DNA of 5,004 bases from Zygophlyctis sp. KS116 (Eukaryota > Fungi > Chytridiomycota): contig BAAFSQ010000512.1 of NCBI GenBank assembly GCA_054661495.1, forward strand, positions 1 through 5,004. Direction: 5' to 3'. The translations under genes and the position numbers were made by a program. The notes below the pieces were generated by a model. The model made no database searches. It was not told the origin of the DNA and was given only the letters and a program-made list of their open reading frames with translations. Positions within the stretch are counted from its first letter, which is position 1; each line of letters begins with the position of its first letter. This document shows, piece by piece, positions 1 through 5,004 of this stretch.

Positions 1-76
1 TATTTATAGGAAGTATTATTAATAGATTCTTTCACTGAAAATAACATCAGCCTTTTAACTAACCTTGAGTTTAACA
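1..76 (+). repeat. 3' portion of the 5' LTR
   Basis: Ends in TTTAACA (70-76), the reverse complement of TGTTAAA at 4898-4904. Followed after 2 nt by TGG (PBS). Positions 1-14 are identical to 4991-5004. Confidence 0.9.
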
Positions 77-78
77 TC

Positions 79-85
79 TGGTAGC
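79..85 (+). promoter_or_regulatory. Primer binding site, probably for initiator tRNA-Met
   Basis: TGGTAGC lies 2 nt after the LTR-terminal CA and is complementary to the ...GCUACCA-3' end of fungal/animal tRNA-iMet. The Ty3 PBS begins the same way. Confidence 0.8.
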
Positions 86-93
86 TTGGAATT

Positions 94-1104
94 ATGAATG
101 ACGATCGACTAAACAAACTGGTTTCAAATCAAAATGATTTAATGGCAGCTGCTCATCAACAGCATCTGGCCATGGAAGAACAACAAAAGAAAATGGAAGA
201 ACTGATGAAAGTTCTTATTGACGGGCAGGAAACTATTAAAGCCCAACAGATGAAAATTGATCATCTTCAACAAGAGATTCAACGAGGTGATAAGGTAGCT
301 ACTTCTAAGAAATTTGCGGTCAAACCTCCTAAACCCGACTTCTTCAAAGGAAAGAGAGATGCATTAGAAATTAATGCATGGGTGGATCAAATTAGTCGGT
401 ATGCGCAATTCTTCGGATTAGATCCTGGGTTGGAATTGGTGGAATTTGCGGTGTTTTACCTCAGCGGATCGGCAAGGGATTGGTGGACTAATCAATCCGG
501 ACAACTCAAGGCGAGGGTTATGACCTGGACGGATTTTGTGTTCGAACTTAAGACTGCGTTCTATCCTCTTGATCATGAAAGAGCAGTAATGGACAAGTTA
601 GAAAAGCTGCATCAAAAGGGATCAGTTGCTGCTTATGTGGAACTATTCGAGAAGCTCAGATCTCAAGTAAGTGGTGTCTCTGATGATCTCTGGAAGCGGT
701 ATTTTATTAAGGGATTGGCTCAGAATATTCAAATCGAGGCAATCAAATTCAATTTGGACACTCCAGATGCTTCTTTGTCTCAGATGTATCAAAGATTGAC
801 TACTCTGGGGGATGCATTGTGGGCTCAAAAGGGAGGAAATTATAGGCCTAATGATTCAATGGACCTGTCGGTTATCTATAAACCAAACGGCAAAAGTTAT
901 GCTGGGTCTGTTGATAAACGAAATGGCAAATCTCATAGAAGAGAAGAACTTAGGAAATGCTTCAAATGCGGAATTCCGGGACATCTTAAAAGGGAATGTG
1001 GTTCAAAGAACTTAAATATGATTAAAGCTGAACAGTCGGAGCAGATTAAGAAGGATACAAAAGATGCTTCTGACAATCAAGAATCGAAATCGGATTTTCA
1101 GTAG
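94..1104 (+). CDS. gag: Gag (capsid plus CCHC nucleocapsid), 336 aa
   Basis: N-terminal Q/E/K/L-rich probable coiled coil. Retrotransposon-Gag motifs KPDFFKG, LSGSARDWW, TWTDFVFELKTAF and LHQKGSVAAYVELFEKL. SMDLS resembles the PMD/E motif. Zinc knuckle CFKCGIPGHLKREC (C-X2-C-X4-H-X4-C) at 958-999. Confidence 0.95.
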   Translation: MNDDRLNKLVSNQNDLMAAAHQQHLAMEEQQKKMEELMKVLIDGQETIKAQQMKIDHLQQEIQRGDKVATSKKFAVKPPKPDFFKGKRDALEINAWVDQISRYAQFFGLDPGLELVEFAVFYLSGSARDWWTNQSGQLKARVMTWTDFVFELKTAFYPLDHERAVMDKLEKLHQKGSVAAYVELFEKLRSQVSGVSDDLWKRYFIKGLAQNIQIEAIKFNLDTPDASLSQMYQRLTTLGDALWAQKGGNYRPNDSMDLSVIYKPNGKSYAGSVDKRNGKSHRREELRKCFKCGIPGHLKRECGSKNLNMIKAEQSEQIKKDTKDASDNQESKSDFQ

Positions 1105-1144
1105 GGACATCCAAATCAACCCCGGATGTCTGGAAAGGAGGGGG
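1092..1144 (+). promoter_or_regulatory. Programmed -1 ribosomal frameshift signal (G_GAT_TTT, 6-nt spacer, stem-loop or pseudoknot)
   Basis: The pol frame is -1 relative to gag and opens only after TGA 1071-1073. The heptamer at 1092-1098 is correctly phased. Stem GGACATCC (1105-1112) pairs with GGATGTCT (1124-1131); loop CCCC (1120-1123) can pair with GGGGG (1140-1144). Confidence 0.82.
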
Positions 1145-3806
1145 AGAACTCTCTAAACAAGAGATTGTTGGCAAAATCTTGGATGAGGATGAACGTTCTA
1201 AGAAGACTGTGTCTTTTGCTGATGTCAAAAGGGACAGATCTGCCTTGAATGTGAATCTGATTCAGGTTATGAATACGCAAGCTGGACAACTAAAAGCATT
1301 GATAGATTCCGGAGCAGATGCCAATTTTATTAGGAAATCTACTGCAGTTGCTTTACAGTTGGATATATTGCGGCCTCACAAAAGTCTGAATGTAAGAGTG
1401 GCCGATGGAAACAACATGGAAGTTGTCGGTGTAACTTATTTGACGATTGGAAAACATACAGTGGAATTCTTAGTAGCAGAGATCAAGGGCAAATCTGATC
1501 TCATTCTTGGTTTTCCGTGGATGAAAGAAAACAAAGTTCAGTTTAACTATGTGGAAGGAGTTATCGAGTATGACGGTTACGATGAAGTATCTGGTTTGAT
1601 GGGTGGGAAAGAGCTTGGCAAACTGCTCAAGTTAGATGAAATAGTTTATGTCAATCAAGTAGACATAAGAGTATTGAATGCGGAGGACATGGATTCTCAG
1701 GAATTGGTTGAAACTAGTTCAAATGAATCAACATTAGAGCTATCCATTAAGGAGATTATTCAAAGATACCCGGATGTGTTCCCAGATGAGCCAAAGTTAA
1801 CTCATGCGGCCGGAGAAAGGAAACAACTTACACAGCCGGCTATGAGGATCGATACTGGAGATCATGCTCCAATCAAACTTCCTTATTATAAGATGGGACC
1901 AGGGGACTTGGATGAATTGAAAAGTCAACTCAAGAAACTATTGGAGGCGAATCTAATAAGACCAAGTGTTAGTCCGTGGGGTGCACCTATATTGTTTGTA
2001 AAGAAAAAAGATGGCTCCAAGAGAATGTGTATAGATTATCGGGCTCTGAATAGAGTAACTCGGGCAGATGCGTACCCCATGCCGAGGATTCAAGAATCAT
2101 TGGATAGATTGGCGAATGCAAGAGTTTATAGCAAGCTGGATGCTACCTGGGGATTCTGGCAGAATCCAGTGGCAGCAGAAGATATTGAAAAGACTGCATT
2201 CAACTCTAGGTATGGATCATATGAGTTCTTGGTAACACCGTTTGGATTGAAAAATTCACCTAGTGCTTTTCAGCGAATGATGGATGAAATTCTCAAGGAG
2301 TATTTAGATGATTTTGTAATTGTTTATATTGATGATTTATTGATTTACTCTACCAATTTGGATGATCATTTAAAGCATTTAGAAATTATAGCGAAACGGT
2401 TAGACGAGTACAGGCTGCAGATTAATATGAAAAAAAGCGAATTTTTAAAGAAGTCTGTCTTGTACTGTGGGTATTTGGTCGAAAATGGACACGTAAAGAT
2501 TGATCCCGAGAAGGTTAGAATTGTTAGATCATGGCCTGTACCGACTAATTCGTCAGCTGTGCGGTCATTTCTGGGTTTCTTAGGATATTACAGGAAATTT
2601 ATTAAGGACTTTGGAACTATGGCAGCACCATTGCACGCTATTTCCGGTATGAAGTCTGTATGGATCTGGAGTAGTATGGAACAGAACTCGTTTGAATCTT
2701 TGCGTAACGCTATGCTGAAAGATCCGGTGTTAGTGTGTCCAAATGATAAGTTTACGTTCCATATATGGCCTGATGCATCGCCATGGGCTGTGGGGGGTGT
2801 ATTAACTCAGGATCATGGAAATGGACATCAACCTATAGCGTACGAATATCACAAACTATCTAAAGCAGAACTAAATTACCCTCATCATGAGAAAGAAATC
2901 TTGGCTATGCTATATTGTTTACGAAAATGGCGATATTATTTCGAAGGACGTAAATTCGTAGTGCATTCAGATAATACAACTGTAGTGCGTATGTCTACAG
3001 TTAAAGATCCTCATAGGAGATTACAGAGATGGATTCAAGAGTATCAATACTGGTCGCCGGATATCATATATGAACCGGGAACAACAAATCCTGCAGACGG
3101 ACCTTCAAGAATTGTATTGGATGGCAAAAATGATTCAGACGATGAAGATTTATTAAGTGACTTTGATCCTTTTGGACCTCTACCAACAGATTTGGCTGTA
3201 AATGCTCTTCGGGTAGAAGAATGGAATTTGGAAATCGATCCAGTGAATGATTGGCCTCTTGTAGTGGCATATTTTTTGGAATTTGGTGAATGGCCAGCTG
3301 AACTGCAGAGTGGGCTCAAGTCTAGATGCACGCGAGAGTTAGTGAACTTTGAAATTCATCATGATCTGTTCTGTCGTAAAAGAGAGGGAGGAGGATCTAT
3401 TCCTTATCTATCATACAAGGATAGATCTGCTATGGTCGAGAAATATCATGTTGCATTAGGACATTTGAAAACTCAATCAATTCTCAATATTGTGAAAGAG
3501 CGATTCTGGTTTCCGGGCATGGTACGATTTATTGAAGAATTTTTGAAAACTTGTCCGCAGTGTCAAATGGATCAATCTCAAAGTAAGGGTGTGATGCATG
3601 CTGATTTACGACCTGTTGCACCTAGTGCTTTACCATTTGAAAGATGGGGAATGGATTTTATACAGAATCTACAGCCTACAAAGCGTGGAAATCGACATAT
3701 AATTACAGCAATAGACTATGCTACTCGCTGGGTGGTGTGTAGGGCGGTAAAGAAGATGGATTCAGATACTGTGGCTGATTTTTTTATATCACGATATTAT
3801 GATTAA
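1098..3806 (+). CDS. pol: Pol polyprotein: aspartic protease, reverse transcriptase, RNase H and the N-terminal part of integrase; expressed as a Gag-Pol fusion
   Basis: Frame is open from 1074; the ORF-track start at 1179 is a TTG and probably not a real start. PR: LIDSGA (D at 1305) and DLILGFPW. RT: SPWGAPILFVKKKDG, MCIDYRALN, KLDATWGFWQ, PFGLKNSP, YIDD (2325-2336). RH: DAS (2772), EKE, SDN, ADGPSR. IN: H-X4-H...C-X2-C (3447-3563) and WGMDFI (D at 3654). Confidence 0.95.
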   Translation, partial: SVGTSKSTPDVWKGGGELSKQEIVGKILDEDERSKKTVSFADVKRDRSALNVNLIQVMNTQAGQLKALIDSGADANFIRKSTAVALQLDILRPHKSLNVRVADGNNMEVVGVTYLTIGKHTVEFLVAEIKGKSDLILGFPWMKENKVQFNYVEGVIEYDGYDEVSGLMGGKELGKLLKLDEIVYVNQVDIRVLNAEDMDSQELVETSSNESTLELSIKEIIQRYPDVFPDEPKLTHAAGERKQLTQPAMRIDTGDHAPIKLPYYKMGPGDLDELKSQLKKLLEANLIRPSVSPWGAPILFVKKKDGSKRMCIDYRALNRVTRADAYPMPRIQESLDRLANARVYSKLDATWGFWQNPVAAEDIEKTAFNSRYGSYEFLVTPFGLKNSPSAFQRMMDEILKEYLDDFVIVYIDDLLIYSTNLDDHLKHLEIIAKRLDEYRLQINMKKSEFLKKSVLYCGYLVENGHVKIDPEKVRIVRSWPVPTNSSAVRSFLGFLGYYRKFIKDFGTMAAPLHAISGMKSVWIWSSMEQNSFESLRNAMLKDPVLVCPNDKFTFHIWPDASPWAVGGVLTQDHGNGHQPIAYEYHKLSKAELNYPHHEKEILAMLYCLRKWRYYFEGRKFVVHSDNTTVVRMSTVKDPHRRLQRWIQEYQYWSPDIIYEPGTTNPADGPSRIVLDGKNDSDDEDLLSDFDPFGPLPTDLAVNALRVEEWNLEIDPVNDWPLVVAYFLEFGEWPAELQSGLKSRCTRELVNFEIHHDLFCRKREGGGSIPYLSYKDRSAMVEKYHVALGHLKTQSILNIVKERFWFPGMVRFIEEFLKTCPQCQMDQSQSKGVMHADLRPVAPSALPFERWGMDFIQNLQPTKRGNRHIITAIDYATRWVVCRAVKKMDSDTVADFFISRYYD
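3380..3392 (+). repeat. Exact internal copy of the 3' polypurine tract (candidate central PPT)
   Basis: AAGAGAGGGAGGA at 3380-3392 is identical to 4885-4897. Confidence 0.65.
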
Positions 3807-4656
3807 CTTTGGTGCGCCTTACGAAATATTTTCAGACCGTGGATCAAGTTTGTTATCGGAGAGTATTAGGTCTTACGAAAAGTTACAACGCATAAAACAC
3901 AAAGCTAGCACGCCGTATCATCCACAAACAAATGGAATGGTGGAACGGATGCATGCTACTTTGCGATCTGTAATTGCTAAACTAGGTGATGGGCAACCGG
4001 ACAGATGGGATGAATTTTTGCCTCAAGCTGTGTTCAGTCTCAGAGTAAGAACACATGCGGTAACTAAGAAATCTCCATTTTATTTATTATATGGTGTTCA
4101 ACCTAGGTTACCCACTGATACAAATCCTCTTCGGACTTCTATGATTCCTTTGGATGAACTGGAAGAAATGGAAGAAAAACATGAATTTATTGCTAGAGTG
4201 TTTGATGAACTAGGATATGATCGTGCTGCTGCATATCATAATTCTGAGGCTCAAGCTGTCAGAATGAACAAATATTATGACATTAAAAAGAAAACAAAAG
4301 GATCATATTATGATATTAACGATATGGTAAAATTAAAGAATTTTGGGAAATCTAAGTTTGAATTCAGTTGGAAAGGACCGTACCATGTAGTAGGATTTGG
4401 AATTGTACCATCTACATATTATTTGATGGATTCCAATGGTAAACGAATTGATTATACAGTTTCTCAGGACAATCTTGCTCCTTGGCTTGCTCCTTTGGGA
4501 TCTAATCAAGACTTTGCATACAATCCTACACTTGAAGAAATTAATCCTGCTGTACCCCTGGCTGAATATAGATCATTTGAAGGAAGAACTGAAAGGTATG
4601 ATAAACTGAAGAAACGAATCGGCATACCTATTCGAGTTCCGACTAACGATCGTTGA
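3778..4656 (+). CDS. pol: Remainder of integrase (second D, E and GPY/F module), in the +1 frame relative to pol because of an apparent 1-nt insertion
   Basis: FLYHDIMINFGAPYEIFSDRG (D at 3835) and YHPQTNGMVER (E at 3943) give D-X35-E spacing. Also WDEFLP, SPFYLLYG and WKGPYHV (4369-4389). Confidence 0.93.
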   Translation: MFLYHDIMINFGAPYEIFSDRGSSLLSESIRSYEKLQRIKHKASTPYHPQTNGMVERMHATLRSVIAKLGDGQPDRWDEFLPQAVFSLRVRTHAVTKKSPFYLLYGVQPRLPTDTNPLRTSMIPLDELEEMEEKHEFIARVFDELGYDRAAAYHNSEAQAVRMNKYYDIKKKTKGSYYDINDMVKLKNFGKSKFEFSWKGPYHVVGFGIVPSTYYLMDSNGKRIDYTVSQDNLAPWLAPLGSNQDFAYNPTLEEINPAVPLAEYRSFEGRTERYDKLKKRIGIPIRVPTNDR

Positions 4657-4884
4657 CAAATCAGACCCGATATTTGGATACAGTGACGAATGTAGTGCTA
4701 TTTTGTGACCAAACAAGGGGTTATTGGGATTGACTATTTTTGTCATCTGGTTGCGGCCATATCGAAAAATTAGGGATTTGTGGTGGCGTGTTTCGGCGAA
4801 TATTGTGTGGATGCTTATCGTGGTACCTTTTCCTCATGAAGGTTTTTAACGGTTACTCGATTGAAGCAATTTGGTTGCTCCTTT

Positions 4885-4897
4885 AAGAGAGGGAGGA
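4885..4897 (+). promoter_or_regulatory. Polypurine tract (plus-strand primer)
   Basis: AAGAGAGGGAGGA: 13 purines preceded by TTT and directly abutting the TG of the 3' LTR. Confidence 0.92.
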
Positions 4898-5004
4898 TGT
4901 TAAATCACGACTTTTAATTAAGAGTGATCTGTGACTAAATGGATGTCAAGACTAAGAATCTATTATTAACTAGTCTATTTTAAAACAGAATATTTATAGG
5001 AAGT
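4898..5004 (+). repeat. 5' portion of the 3' LTR (reconstructed LTR is 169 bp: 4898-4990 plus 1-76)
   Basis: Starts TGTTAAA immediately after the PPT, is AT-rich, and ends with TATTTATAGGAAGT, identical to 1-14. Confidence 0.9.
4991..4998 (+). promoter_or_regulatory. Possible TATA-like element in the LTR (also present at 1-8)
   Basis: TATTTATA near the middle of the reconstructed LTR. The context is AT-rich, so support is weak. Confidence 0.3.

Larger units (their letters stand above)
1..5004 (+). mobile_element. Ty3/Gypsy (Metaviridae) LTR retrotransposon, essentially one full unit with both LTRs partial
   Basis: gag, then PR-RT-RH-IN order (integrase last, diagnostic of Ty3/Gypsy rather than Ty1/Copia). 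PBS follows ...CA, PPT precedes TG..., LTR termini are TGTTAAA/TTTAACA, and there is a 14-nt terminal overlap. Confidence 0.97.

Noticed and set aside
77-90. Tf1-type self-priming PBS
   Set aside because: I find no complement of this segment in the reconstructed LTR, and the TGG start fits tRNA CCA priming.
827-1148. Other purine runs (AAAAGGGAGGAAA 827-839; GGAAAGGAGGGGGAGAA 1132-1148) as extra PPTs
   Set aside because: Only partial matches to the PPT. The second is better explained as the 3' strand of the pseudoknot.
1179-1181. Independent start of pol as given in the ORF track
   Set aside because: The codon is TTG, the frame is open upstream to 1074, and a frameshift signal explains expression.
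643-1228. Short ORFs 643-828 (-), 812-1015 (+) and 1046-1228 (-)
   Set aside because: 60-67 aa, overlapping gag/pol in alternative frames, with no recognisable motifs; expected by chance.
1099-1248. MLV-like stop-codon readthrough at CAG TAG GGA followed by a structure
   Set aside because: The gag frame past the TAG stops at TGA 1246-1248 without protease motifs. Pol is in the -1 frame, so readthrough cannot produce Gag-Pol.
3044-3331. Antisense ORFs 3044-3331 and 3064-3270
   Set aside because: Shadows of pol; the Ser-rich content simply mirrors the Asp/Glu codons of the acidic linker.
3799-4656. Separate third gene (stand-alone integrase or env)
   Set aside because: It starts in the middle of the integrase core, lacking HHCC and the first Asp, and joins pol seamlessly when one T is removed. 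It has no env-like features.
1-5004. Prokaryotic RT system (retron, DGR, group II intron, CRISPR-associated RT) or CRISPR array
   Set aside because: The RT is embedded in a PR-RT-RH-IN polyprotein with gag and LTR signals. No repeat-spacer array or template/variable repeat pair is seen.

Overview
The window is almost exactly one unit of a eukaryotic Ty3/Gypsy (Metaviridae) LTR retrotransposon on the + strand. In order: the 3' part of the 5' LTR (1-76, ending TTTAACA), a short tRNA-iMet-type PBS (79-85), gag (94-1104), pol in the -1 frame with the order PR-RT-RNase H-IN, a 3' UTR, the PPT (4885-4897) and the 5' part of the 3' LTR (4898-5004, starting TGTTAAA). The last 14 nt repeat the first 14 nt, so a 169-bp LTR and a ~5.16-kb element can be reconstructed. 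Points of interest: (1) a -1 ribosomal frameshift cassette with a non-canonical G_GAU_UUU slippery site and a candidate pseudoknot; (2) an exact 13-nt internal copy of the PPT, a candidate central PPT; (3) one extra T in a homopolymer that splits the integrase; (4) a long inverted repeat in the LTR that spans the window junction; (5) chromovirus-like RT/RNase H motifs paired with an integrase that looks non-chromoviral and has no chromodomain. The host cannot be determined from the sequence; a fungus is only a guess.
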